In this document: positions 1 through 17,525 of the stretch, in pieces
How the letters are laid out: every line of letters begins with the position of its first letter
How positions within the stretch are numbered: the first letter of the stretch is position 1
Source: the human T2T-CHM13v2.0 reference genome, Homo sapiens
Strand: one strand, 5' to 3'
Length of the DNA stretch: 64,000 bases
Assembly: GCF_009914755.1 (NCBI RefSeq)
Contig: NC_060939.1
Position numbers and translations under genes: made by a program
Notes under the pieces: model-generated
What the model was told of the DNA's origin: nothing
The model's input: only the letters and a program-made list of their open reading frames with translations
Database searches by the model: none

Positions 1-1077
1 TTTTGGCCCGGAGTTCAAGCTGTTTCCACTAGATTTCCTTTTAAAGAACTACCTTTTCAAATTCATCCAGAGGCCTCCTCCTTAATCTTATCTCTTTAAA
101 CCCTTATCTCTCAGGCATCCCTCAATGGCAACTCTTTAATCTGAGAAGTAGCAACCAGTTAAAGAAGCACTACTGGGAGACCAGCTGTGAAAGAGAGATT
201 AAGTAAAACATATCAATCAGAGCAGGAGGACTCTGCTTCAAGTCCCAAGAGACCCCCCAAGGGGATCTAGTGGATCTGTGGATATAGTCCTATGAGCACT
301 GCCACCCCTTCATTTCTTCCCAAGGCCCTCTCATTACCTCCATGGAACCAGCTTTTCGGTTACGAATGAGGGGTGATCTCCTCGGGAGGCCAGGGCCCTC
401 AGGAGGCTGGGGTGAAGTCTGCAATGCCCGGTCTGGTTCATCTGATGCCTTTCCTGGACACAGGTTCTCCATACTGCCTTGGTTGGTTTTCATCTCCTCA
501 TTCTATACAACAAAAGGCAGATAAGAGAGGTGTTAATGGCCTCCAAAATCCTAATCCCAGACTACCTAGCCCTTTTACTTCTCCCTGTACTGCTTCCCAC
601 CACTTGGTTCCTAAGTCCTTCAGTCCCAAATCCCAGCACTCTGACCCACCTCAGAAGAGGCTGGACGGAATCCACAGCCAGCCGGGGCACTGCCTTCTTC
701 CTCAACACCTTTCACTCCGGGGCTGAAGTGTAGCTCCACATGGAACCGTTCCTCTGATAAGGGATCCTATGGAGCATAACCACAAGAGGGGGAAGTTGGG
801 AGAAGCTGGATATTGTGGTGGAAGTAGAGAGGAACTCAAGGGGATTCATCCTCCCAGGAATTCAGGGTCTTGTCCCACTCCGGGGCTGACCTGTTATAGC
901 TTCCTTTCAACTATATATTGTCTCTTACAGGATCCTCATTCCCTCATCTCTACCATTTGTGATTTCACCATTGCACATGACTTCTGAACTTCCAGCTTTA
1001 CAACGCTTCCCATCACCTTCCACAATAACTCAGCTTGGCTGTGGTGCATATAGCAGAACATTTAAAGATACCTTGTG

Positions 1078-1383
1078 GGCCAGGAGCAGTGGCTCACACC
1101 TGTAATCCTAGCACCTTGGGAGGCTGGGACAGGCAGATCACTTGAGTCCAGGAGTTTGACACCACCCTGGGCAACATGTTGAGACCCTATCTCTACAAAA
1201 AATTAGCCGGGCATGGTGGCACATGTCTGTCATCCCAGCTACTTGGGAGGCTGATGTGAGAGGATCACTTGAGCCCACGAGGCAGAGGTTGCAAGGCTGC
1301 AGTGAGCTCAGATTGTAGCACTGCACTCCAGCGCGGGTGACAGAGTGAGACCTTGTCTCAAAAAAAAAAAAAAAAAAAAAAAA
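1078..1383 (+). mobile_element. Alu SINE (old, AluJ-like)
   Basis: Dimeric Alu consensus with long poly(A) tail. Confidence 0.9.
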
Positions 1384-4379
1384 GTATCATTGTGGAGCCG
1401 TATGCAGAAGGTATATGTATAACCATGTTTGAGGAAATAAGACTCATAACATTGTCCCAAATTCCATACTCTTCTAATGCCAGAGCTGTGTTCTAGGTTA
1501 CCTCTCTGGCTCAACAACATCCCAGAACATATTTTCCATTCCAGTAGGAACTTCCTGGATGCTCTGTGTCATGCTGTGCGTAAGTGCCACACCTAGCTGG
1601 ATTCTCCAAATTATAAGGATAAGCAAGTTTTTTTTTTTTAATAGAATTCAAAAGAAGGGGCCTTCCTCTCATCTCCCACCTGCTAGCTCCTCACCTGTGT
1701 GTTGTCCTCATAAAGCATGATGACAATCTGGGTCATGTAGTTAAGCTCTGAGATGGCACTAAGATAATCCAAAGCTCGCTGCCATTGTGCATCCTGGGTC
1801 TCCTACCAAATGCAAAAAGAGGTAAGCCATTGCTTAAGGAAATGGGAGTCAGAGAATGAGCAGGGAGCCAATGAGAATGGAGAAAGCTTTCATTTGAGAA
1901 GAGTAAAAGAATGCTGGGAAAAAGCTGTTCACAGGCTAAAGAAGAAGGAGGATCCTTACATCAAGAAGTCCTCCATAACGGAAGACACTGAGCAGGGAGT
2001 GGACATGGCTCTCACTGGTGAAATAGAGACGCGTTCGAACGTGGCGACCTGGGGAGAGCACGCCTCGGGAGTACCTGAGATAACAGCTAAATCACTCACA
2101 CAGTCAGTTAACCCTGTTCCCACCCTTCTGCAAACTCCCTCCTCCCACCTCAAAGACTTCTCTCCTTTCCATCCCAAAATCTTGTCTATTCTTGGTTCCC
2201 CAGGCTGTCCCAGCTTTGATTCCCCCAAGGCTCCCTGACATGCCCCTCCCTCCATCCAACACCCCTCCCAGCCCTCCCTCACAGGGGATGCAGCTTGTTG
2301 ACAGACTCATCCTCGTGGGTTCTCTGCAGGTCAAGTAGTATCTTCCGCAACAGTGGAAGACAGAAGCCCACAGCAATTTCCAGTTTCTCCTCCCGACTGA
2401 TCCCGTACTCCTAGGGGCCACAGGCCAGGAATAAATACCTCAATAAATCTTGTTTTCTCATGCCTCATATTCCCAGGACCAAGATCATGCCTGTCTTCAC
2501 CTCACGTCTAGGGCTTCTTTCATATCCACTACATTCCCCCTCTTCCAGGTGTCTCCTGAATTAGCCTCCTGTACTTACCAAGAGCCAGAGTGGACCCTGA
2601 GAAATGTAGCAACTCAACCTATTCCTTCTCTGAGTTGCTTTCCTCTAGTCTCAAATCACCCTTCCTTTCCACCTTTTCTCTCTTTCCTTCCCAACACCCT
2701 CATCCCCAGGCTAGGTCCCTTATACAAGACACACCTGGGGAATGACCACATCAGCCAGTGCCTTAGAGAGACGGAGCAACTCTGCTGTGCCTTGAAGTCC
2801 CAGACTCCCATTGTGCTGCACATCATACTTGACACAGTCATAGATGTCAGGGATCTTACTGATATCATAGCGCCCACTCTTCTGTCGAAAGTCACGCTCC
2901 AGCTTGCTCCAACGCTGTAGCATTAGCTCTAGTGTCTCACTGTGGTAGAGCTGCAGGTCTGGAAGAAAGGCAGGAATCAGATAAGAATCAAAGATTTTAC
3001 CTCCAACAAAAGACCCTGACAACTCTGAAGTACAGCCAGAGGGAGGAGGAGGCCTGGTCTCTGACATTTAGGAGAGGACACCAGAATGCCTGAGAAACCC
3101 ATCCATACCTGAGACCTTGAAGGGAAGATAGTAGTATTCATACCCACCTACAGACCTGGGGTCCTGCATTCGTTCCCGGATCTGGTGGGTGAGGTTTTCG
3201 ATCAGGGCAAATACCTGATCACAGACCTTCACAGGATTCTGGATGATAGTCATGGAGTTGAGCAGGGAAGTACTTCTGGTGGGAGCCAGCTATGAAGAAT
3301 AGAGAGAAGAAAAGCAAGACAGGCTCGGCACTAATTGCCCAGATTCCTGTGAGTTTATTACACAGAGACTACTCACAATACAGCTCTGTATGTTGGTTCA
3401 CTCCAGTGAGCATTCTTAGGTTACTGGGCATACTAGCAGTTCTAGGCCTTCAGGTAAGGGCACTGCTCTAGCATATAGTCGTCTAAGAGGGATTGATTTT
3501 AAGAGTCCAGAGAAAATAAAACAGACCTAAGTTCTTTTCTTGAGGGCTCTAGAATACACATGGAAAATACTGGAGAATAAAGATTGAACCAAAATCCCTC
3601 AAAATCTCCACAGAATGTTTTCATGAGTAGAGATCACAGATAACATTATCTTCTTCCTCTAAACAAGATGCTAGCCTGAGCCTAGAGTAGAAATGCTGCC
3701 TCAAAACTGGGTTCTGACTCAGGCTTGTAGGACAGTAACAGTCAATGAGAAATGTGGAGGCAGAATCAAGACTGTGGCTGAAAATGCACAATTCTGTTTA
3801 GGTCCTCACAAGTTTCATTCTTGCTCGCAAAAGAAGGCAAGGCAGAAAGGAAAGCTGCCTTAGCTTTTTTGAGTTTGACAGTGAGCAATGGATTGGGAAA
3901 TAAAGGAGCAAGGTCCTGTTCCTTATCAAGTCCTACTCAGAGAACACAGAAAATCCTATGGGCTCACAGCAATGTGCTTAGCTACTTAACTCATTTAAGA
4001 ACCAATCAGAAATGTTACACAACAATGTAAATACATGTAATGCTACTGAACTGTAAACTTAAAAATGGTTAAAATGGTACCACAATTTTAAAGTTTTAAA
4101 CATTTTTTTAAAAGAACATATCAGAAATGAGGAGTGGGAAGAGTAGAAAACCACTGCCTGGTCATTTGTGGCCTAGATATGCAGGAAAAAGAACGACCAT
4201 ATTGGGTAATGGCATATAGTGGGATTAATACTATAAAGCAATGTAACAGCCTGGGCGTTGGAGTTAGACCCCTTCGGTTTGTATTAGCTGGATGACATGA
4301 GGAAAATTGCTTAGATTCTTCTGAGCCTAGGTTTCCTCATCTGTAAAATGGGAGGAAAGTCCTTGTGGTCTACAGTCCT

Positions 4380-4845
4380 TGTAGTGCTTTAAAGATGACC
4401 ATCAATTCTTTGTCTTCCTTTCCTTCCCTTCCCTTAAATCTGGCTGGCCCTGTAACTGTTTAACCAATAAAAAATAACAAAGTTATGTTGTGCTATTTCT
4501 GGGCCTACACTTTAAGAAAGCTTCTAAGCTTCTGCTTTTGAATATCCCTAAAGCTACCATTTAATACATCTGGCTATCATGCTACGGAAACCATATGAAG
4601 AACCATGTGGAGAAAAGAGGCACTGAGGTTACAGGGAGAGCATGAAGAGGGAGAGAGCCAGCCATCCCACAGTCCCAGCTGAACTTCCAGATGGTTCCAG
4701 CTCCAGTCAATATCTGACTGCAATTTCAGGAGAGACTCCAAGCAAGATCAGATGAGCCCAGAACTGTGAGAGATAATAAAATGGTTGCTGTTTTAGGTTA
4801 CTACGTTTTGGGGTAGTTTATTATGCAACAATGGATAACTGAAAC
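4380..4845 (+). mobile_element. MLT1-family (ERVL-MaLR) solo LTR
   Basis: Ends in a typical MLT1 3' terminus (aataaaatggttgctgttttagg...tttattatgcaacaatggataactgaaac); subfamily uncertain. Confidence 0.65.
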
Positions 4846-7103
4846 GTTCTTTTGTTCAGGATCCTTGGGATCAGAGCTGTGCTTTGGAACTGAGAATCTG
4901 TGGGACTTTAGAAGTTAATACAGTACATATGCCATATGTATATAATACCTCCATCAGGGCCCATGGCATAACCAAACACATTAATATTTCTGCCACAAAA
5001 TGCACGACTATTTACACTAAGTGGGAAAACTAAGGATTATAAAAGTCTTATGACAGTTCGTGTCAGGTTTAGCTGCCAAATGAATCTCAATGTCAAGAAA
5101 AAAATCTTTTTAATTTTCAAAATTATGCATAAGAGATTGTGGACCTGTACTTATCTCAAAGGGTTGCTGTAAGGATTAAATAATATATGTGTAAAATAAC
5201 TAAAACAGTGCCTGGCATGCAGTAAATACTGTTATTATTGATCCCTACTATTTAGAATTCTAGGAATTGGGGATCCAGGCTATTTTTGAGCCTGACCTGA
5301 TCGTAGTCCTCAGGGCCAAAGGGCGCATCCTGCTGTAGAATATGGTGCAGCCGAGCCTTCACCCGGTGCTGGCAGCTGCTCAAGGAATCCCCATCGCTGT
5401 CCAGTAGCCCATTCATGTTGGCACTCTTCACCATTTGCACCAAAATGGGTGTCAGCTCCCCTTCTAGAGCCAGAAGGCCCTAAAGAGAAAGCACAAGGTC
5501 TATTTGTTTCCCTTGCAGGTTAGCATCCCTAGGCCTAGATGGTCCCAGGGATCGAACGGGAGCTGGTTGAAGAGATGGGGCCTACCCTCACTAATTATTC
5601 TCAGCTCATTCTCGGTAGTACAGAATGGGTCCGATACATGCAGAAACTTCTCTGAGTTGGCCTACAAGCACCCTGAAATGCTCCAACTGGTTCTCCAAAC
5701 TCTCTGCTTCTCTACCTAATGGAAACTGGGACTACAGAACTGTAGTATGCACCTTGGCGAAGGCAGCAGCAGTCATCTGAACACGACCCTCATCAGAGGC
5801 ATAGATCTTGAGATCGTGGCGGAAAGTGCTATGGAGACGAAGCAGCCCACAACCAGGGAAGCCAGCATAGTCACCTGGGGACAAAGGTGGGGGACCACAA
5901 ATGGACTGCTATAAATACTCGTGGAAGAAAAAATATTCATTCCCCCACTGTCTCTGTCCCTTCATTTTCCCCAACTTACTCTCTAATCATTTTATCCTGG
6001 CCCTGCTATGCGTTCACTCCCCAAAACACTCACCCTGTCCTCCAGGGTACATGCAGCGAAAAGCTCGCCCCAGCTCCTCAGCCTGAACACGGCCAGCAGG
6101 AGTCAGTTCTCCACCCCACTTCAGTACCAGCAACAGAGATGGGGCCAGAGTTTCCCTCTGTGGATCTGAAGGAATAAGAGGCAGTGAATGGTCTAGATCT
6201 AAGAAAAATAGTGGGAACATCTAAACCTTAGGTCTTCTGAGGAGACCAGAGATGTAATTTGGGGTAAAGGTCATCTATAGGCTCAAGAAAAAGAGATCTT
6301 GTGGGGAAAGAAGATGGACAAAAAACATAAAAAGAACACAAGATCTGAGAGGTAGTGGTAAGGGGGACTACATCTTACCTTGCCCCTCATTAGAAGCTTT
6401 TACTCCATGAGGGTAGTAAGTCAATTGTACCTTCCGGTTTATACCTGAGAAGTGACCATACCTGCAGGATAAAGTCACAGTTTATGTTCTGTTCCAGCAC
6501 CCCAATTCTCACTGTTATTGGCTCCCTTTTGCTATCCCCTTTCTCACATCTCCAGTACAGACTTCAGCTGCTCTAGTTTTCCAGTCTTCTCCTCGATCTC
6601 ACCACCTGGTTCTTTCTCCAGTTCAGCCAACAACAGCCTTGTGATATCCAGCACCTCCTAGAGGAAATAATAAGGTATCCATGCAGAAGGCCAAGTCCTA
6701 GACAGTTACCTTTCCATCCTAGTCTTTTATCAAGACTCCCAATGCCATATCCTCTATCTCTCTCATGGCACTGTTCCTCCTGGTCAGATTCACTACCTTA
6801 CCTGGAGCTGCTCAGGTCGCTTGAGTTTTAATTTCCCTGTCTTGTAGCCACCATGTTTTTCAAACAGAGCAAAAAACCTGAAGAAGTAACGAGAAGCTTC
6901 AGTGTGGCATGAGACAGTCAAAGCCTCCAGGACTTGCCCCCCATGCAGTCTTCCTCACAAAAACCTATTTATGTAAATTAGGACACTCTTCTGACCTTGG
7001 GTGTTTCACTTCCATCTTCATCTTCTGCTTGGGAGTACGATCCCCATGACGAATAATTGCAATGACACAACGAAGTTCCATCCTAAGATCATAAATGTTA
7101 TCA

Positions 7104-7794
<691 letters not shown>

Positions 7795-8310
7795 ACGGCG
7801 GGGGAATATAAGTGGAGTTAAGAAGACTGTGTATAAGAGGCCTAGGCTCCGTTAGTCAGATAGTGTGGGGTCAGGAAGTAACCATTAGCCTGGCTTAAGG
7901 AATCCCATGGGTCTTAAGTAGGTTACTCCAGATTTTTTGCTTTTGCTTACATAGTGCCAGATGTGGTGGGAACAATGGGAATGTCCTCAGCCTCCGTGGG
8001 GATGGACCATGGAATCTGGAACTGTGGGGCAAGCTCCCGCATTATGGTGTTCCTAGAAAGAGAAACAAAGAAGCCCTGTAAAAATGAATAAACCAGAACT
8101 ACTCAGAGGAATGAAGCTCACAAAAACAAGCAGGCTGCAGGCAGAAGAATACCTTAATATAAAGTCTAAAAACATACAAACAAATACCCATATTTATGTA
8201 GTACAAATATAAATAAATACAAGGAATGACAAACACCAAATTATGGATTGTGGTTCCCTCTGGGGATGGGGAGGGGATGTTACTAGGGAGGAGTACATAG
8301 GGGCTTCGAT

Positions 8311-8353
<43 letters not shown>

Positions 8354-8526
8354 ATGTGTACATACACACACGTATGTGTACAGTTTGTGTATATACACAC
8401 ATGTATGCGCATATAGATACACACATATGTGTATATAGATGCACATATGTGTATATAGATGCACATATGTATGTGTATATATACATATATACGTACATAT
8501 ATACACATATATACATATATGTGTAC

Positions 8527-8573
<47 letters not shown>
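8311..8573. repeat. Compound (CA)n/(TA)n/(TG)n microsatellite
   Basis: About 260 bp of nearly continuous purine-pyrimidine alternation abutting an Alu poly(T). Confidence 0.95.
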
Positions 8574-9184
<611 letters not shown>

Positions 9185-9200
<16 letters not shown>

Positions 9201-9736
9201 TATATTCCTAATATTTTATTTCTTAAGCTAGGTGGTGAATACATAGATGCTCACTATAGTCATCATTCCTCATATATTTCTGAATGGTTTATACATTACG
9301 TGACGAATTTCTTGGAAAGTCAAGTTGCAGAGCAGTATTATAGTATGACCACATTTAGTAAAAGAAATACAGTTTGGATATGGCAGAAAAAGATAAATTG
9401 TTATGTCTAAAACTGTTAACAACAATGGTCTCTGGGAGGGGCAGTGTTAGAAAGGCAAGGGCTACCGCACCCGACCTATATTCCTAATATTTTATTTCTT
9501 AAGCTAGGTAGTGAATACATAGATGCTCACTATAGTCATCATTCCTCATATATTTCTGAATGGTTTATACATTACGTGACAAATTTCTTGGAAAGTCAAG
9601 TTGCAGAGCAGTATTATAGTATGACCACATTTAGTAAAAGAAATACAGTTTGGATATGGCAGAAAAAGATAAATTGTTATGTCTAAAACTGTTAACAACA
9701 ATGGTCTCTGGGAGGGGCAGTGTTAGAAAGGCAAGG
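9185..9736. repeat. 276-bp direct tandem duplication (9185-9460, 9461-9736)
   Basis: Both copies run gctaccgcacccgacc...agaaaggcaagg; 2 mismatches seen. Confidence 0.95.
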
Positions 9737-9764
9737 AGCCTGAGGAGCCCTTCCTTTCTTATTT

Positions 9765-10089
<325 letters not shown>

Positions 10090-13046
10090 TGCTTTTTCAC
10101 TTTTAAATCATATTTGTGATATTTAAAATAAAGCAAAAACTTTCAAATATTCTTCTGTAAGCCCATTCTCCCCAGCGCAGACCACTATGTCTCTTACCCC
10201 AGAATCTTGGCACAGTCATCGTAGTATTTCATCGAGTTCTTGACAAAACTAAAGCCATTGACATCACACACAAAGGAATGACCATTGGCACGAAGAAGGT
10301 CAAATCCACAAACTGTTTGCTGCAAGGAAAAGAAGAAAGATGAGAACAAGACAGTTACTCTTCCCGGACCCCTGTTCCTTCCTTTCTCCCTCATTTCACA
10401 ACCTCCCTGGGCCCTCCTCTACCTTGAAAGCTACGCAGACTTTCCTGGCCACCAGCTTTTCCATGGCAGTCAGCATGACTGGATATTGAATCTCTTTCCC
10501 CTCACTGTCTCGTTCAACCTTCCCATCCAAAGCTGGAGATTTTCTAGCTTCAGCATGGGCATAATCTGGCCCCACTGTATACACCTGCAGGTACATAGCA
10601 TCACTGAGTATGCCCACAGCTCACCCTGTATATGAGAAGACAATATGAGCACTAGGTCTGTAGACGAGTTTCAGAGTAAAACAACAACAACAAAAACAAA
10701 ACAAATCCTGAGCATTAAGGAGACTGACCAACATTTTTCCTACTGAGCCTTACTGAAGTATCATTATGAATTTCTCCTCGGGACTCCACTACTGTCAGGT
10801 AGTCCTTATTAAAAAATAATTTACAAACATTATACCATTTTTCTAAGTCAGCCTTGCCCTTGCTCTGATAGTGAAAATGTGAATGTCTGTATCCTCCACT
10901 CATTATCTTCACCTGAATATGAAAGCCAATCACATTCACATCATGTTATTTTCTAGGACCTCCTCCCCATATACTTCCACCTGCTTCCCAAGTACCCCAT
11001 CCCCACCCACACATTTGTAACCTCTTAAATCCCTATATCCACCATAACCTTGACATCTGTGCCATCTGTTGGCATAAACTCCTCATAGATGTACGACCCC
11101 GTCTTTCGGACGCTGCTCTCAGGAGAGTAAACACTGCTTCGGCTGCCAATCTTCAAGAGAAAAAAAGAAGAAAAAGCAATGTTGCCTCAACTCTCTGTTC
11201 TGTCCCCAAATTCTCCATCTTCCTTCCCCACAACCTCATCCTTGCCCTTGCACCTCTCTGACTCCCCAGATGCTCAAATATCCCCCCTACCTTACGAAAG
11301 AGACGCTGGCTTCCTCCTCCAGCTGAGCTGGGGTAGTAGATGTAAACATTGTGGTCTTCTGCACTCACTGGCTTCTCCACAAAGGGCTTGGGAAAGACAG
11401 CTCCATTGACCTCTACTTGGTCTTCACCTTCTATCAGGTTGCATTCTGAAAGGTGGATGTGTAGTCATTCCTATGGCCTAAGGTTGTGGAATATTACTAA
11501 TTCTCATTTCCCCAGGTTTTCATCTCTATAACCCTCAAATTTTTATGACTATATCTTTGTAATAGATGAGGTAAAATCTCTATATAACAGGTCCAACCCT
11601 CTGTCCGAAGACTCATGGCTCTAACCCCACCCATAATCCAATAACCAAAACCCCACATAGATAGGTGGTATACAGGAGATGTCTAGAAGATGGAAACGTG
11701 GCTAAGTCATAGAAAGCAAGGAAAGGCAGGACTAACCCTCCCTCAGGCCAGGTACTCACCCTCAGGCCGGGCAGGATCACGGTTGAGCACAGCATATCGA
11801 GGCAGATCAATACCCTCTTCCTGCAGGATCCGGTACACCTCCCTCCTGTCACCCCCAAATAAAATAGCTGGGAGAGGTGGGAGTAACTAAGGGGAGAGGC
11901 TGGGGATTTCATTTGCACAGGATTAAAAGACACCAGGGCACAAAATTATGGTACAAAAATTAGGCATGTTGGTTTGACTCTGCCCCTCTCACAGTGGGTT
12001 CCCCGAACACGCATGATCCCAAAGCCACCCATCTCACTGGTCAACAGGAAGTTATACCTATCTTGGATGTAATACTGCATGGCCAGATCATTGATAAGAA
12101 AGGGGTTTCGAAGCTTGGAGTAAGCAACAGCTTTGTCCAGAGGAAAGCCTGGGATGGAGACAGGAAATAAAGAGACCAAAGGAAGGGAGAGAAAGAGAAC
12201 GAGAAAAGAGCAAGAGAGATACAAAGACATATTAAAGCTATTAGCTGCCACTGAGCTCCTCTACCCATTCAACCCATCACTTATTCTTCTTCCCAGCTCC
12301 CCAAGTCTAGGATATTTATCAAGAAAAAGTAAAACAGAAGTTATTTTTACAGTCCTTCCAGAGACCCAATTCTGTCAGAGATCCTAAGACACTTAGAGTT
12401 GTCCTGAGGTTAGACTATAGGCTTTAAACCCCCGGCAACTCCTCCAAGATGTAGGGAAAGCAAACTCCTTGGCACCATTCTCTAGTGTGTCACAAGTAGC
12501 TGACGGCTCTTTACTAAGGAAATAAGACAATAAGAACCTCATTTCCCGAACCAGTATTCCCACCACCATTCCCTCCCATTTTCCTTCATAGACCCCAACC
12601 TTTGGAGTGGAAAGAGATGAGGCAGTGGCAGGATGGCCAGTTTTCCACAGGTTCATTAAGGATTACATCTTCTCCCAGAATGACAACAGTCAGGTAGTCA
12701 AATCTGCAGAGTCGCTCTAGGATTTGAGTCATTGGCTTGGACTTGGATTTCTTGGTCATGGCACAGATGCCAACAATGATCTGAGGTTCAGGAGGCTACA
12801 GAGAGGAAGTGCTATCAGAAACTCAAGAACTTCCCACCAATATCACCCCCTTCTGGGAACACTGTCTTATCTTCTTAGGGCACAGAGTTTCTTGCCAGGA
12901 CTCTGGACCTATGGGATAAAGGGTGCCTCCTAACTTTGATCGAGGTTGAGGCACAGCTAGGGATTCCAACTGCCTACAGAATAGGAGCCTTTCCACAGTA
13001 GGAAATATGTGCTCAAGCAGGAGAGCTAGAGAACCAACAACCATGA

Positions 13047-13364
<318 letters not shown>

Positions 13365-14324
13365 AGGGCAGGGATTTCTAAGAGAGGCAACCTACCAATC
13401 TCTACTGCCCCTCCCCTAAACTAGGATAGGGCCTGTTTATGACAGGGAGTCTATGCATTCGGAAAGAACAGAGAGGTATCTCTAACCAATAGAATCTTAA
13501 CTCTTTAGGACAGAGGCTCCAACCCCAAGTTACATCATTTTCCCCATTCTTACCACTTCATCCTCCTCATCCTCAAGGAGCTCGCTGTCACTCTCTTCTG
13601 GCCTCATGCCTATTCCACGGGTGCCCAGCCCCTCATCTCCAGCTCCAAGGAAGAAGTGGGCCGTGGTACTCTCGCCCTCACTGGCCGTCAATGACCACAT
13701 CCCTGCCGGAACACCCACTCATCCCGCTCTGCAGAGGGGGGTACCCCATCAGCTCAGAACCCAAGCCCCCTGGCTGTGGGTGGGGCTGGGGATGGAGATG
13801 AAAAGCATAAGAGGGAACTATAAGGGGAAACAAAACAAAGCTATAGGAAGAAGGATCAACAAGAAAGGAGGCATATGGGCTATGACTTGAGATGCTAAAA
13901 GAGCCATAAAAGAAAAGCAAGGTATCCCTTTTCCTCCCTGCTCACCCCACCCCAACCAATAAATTAGTAAGAGGATCAGATAATCAGCCCTTACAATGCC
14001 GGCATGTCCCTGATTTGGCCAGCAAGAAACATTAACTTCAGGCAGCAAATGGGAAAGGCAGGTCCTCGAGGAAGGCTACTCTTGAGTCCTACCAGAAGAG
14101 AAGGTTAGAGTGACATTTCAAACTTTGGACTCATTTCACAATGTTCCTAGCCCTTTTCCACCTCCTCACAGTAGTGTTGAATTCAGTAATTTAATTCAAA
14201 GGCAGAGGAATGAGAGAGCTCAGCTGCCTTTCCCCTTAAACCTCTTCTTCATTCTTCCCAAAGATTAACTCAAAAAATATTTATTGAGGGCACCCTACAT
14301 TCTAAGCATTATATCAGAACATTA

Positions 14325-15947
<1,623 letters not shown>

Positions 15948-16241
15948 GAAGACAAATGCCCAAGTTCAGAAAACCTGTTCAGGGAAAGAGGTCTAGTGTG
16001 GTTGGGAGGTTGAGAATACAGGCATCCATACAGTAGTCTCCAGCCCACTCTCAAACTGAAATCTCAATGTTCTCTCTAGTGTCCCCTGGTACTATAGAAC
16101 CAGTGCTAGTCTAGGCCAAGGTCCCTCACACCAGGAGCTACAGTGAAAAAAAAAAAAATCCTGCCTAAAACTGTACCAGTAAGAATATCTTAAGACTTTA
16201 ACTTGAACCAGCAGTTCCACTTCTGTGTACACACAAGTAAT

Positions 16242-16450
16242 GTAGTTGTTCTCAACCAGCTGTGATTTTGCTACACAGGGGACTTTTGGCAGGAGACATT
16301 TTTGGTTGTCACAATTGGAAAGGTACTATTGGCGTCTAGTGAGTAGAAGCCAGGGATACTGCCAAACATTCTAAAATGCGTAAGATATCTCCTCACAACC
16401 AAGAATTATCCAGCCTTAAATCTCAGTAGTGCTGAGGTAGAGAAACCCTG
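16242..16450 (+). mobile_element. MER20 (hAT-Charlie DNA transposon fossil)
   Basis: Matches the recalled MER20 consensus: gttctcaacc...ggagacatttttggttgtcacaa...gagaaaccctg. Confidence 0.8.
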
Positions 16451-17199
16451 CTGTAGAGAAATTCTCCTACATAAGACTTTTGTGAGGAACTTCTTAATCC
16501 TCTTCATCTCTCTGTTGGTAATGAGAAAAACTGAAAACAGTTCAGAGGTTACAAGTAGAATCCATAAATATAATGTCATATATAGAAATGATAGACTAAT
16601 AGCAATGTAAAAATAAAAGCTATATGTAATAAATGGACAGTTTCCAAATACAAACTGCAGAAATATACCTGCAGTACATCGCTATTGTATAAATACAAAT
16701 GTTACATATGGTTTATGACTGCATATATAATTAGTAGAAGTATAAAAACAGGGACTGGAAAGAAAGACATCAAATTCATGATAGTGGTTACCTTTGAGAA
16801 GGGAGAATGGAACTGAGGATTCAAATGGTACTCCACAACCTTATCTACAATGTTTATTTCAATTGTAAAAAAGATCTGAAGCAAATACACAGGTTAACAT
16901 TTGTTCCTATGAATTGTAAGGATATGAATATCTGTTATTATTTTCCAAAAATAAAAATTGAGTCACACATCAGCAATTTTCCGTGGTCTCCAAAAGTTCT
17001 CAGAAACACTGACCAATGACTCTAGTGAAAGCCACAAACTCCTTAAGTAAATGAACTTGTCTTACAGAAATAATATCTTATATATGTAATTAGTCTCATA
17101 GATTTTGAAAACAGTCTTGAACAATTATTTTCTCTATCTTTATTTCAAACTCTTTCATTACAACTGGGGTTTGCAGTTTTGACTAGAAAGTTCTAGCTG

Positions 17200-17525
<326 letters not shown>

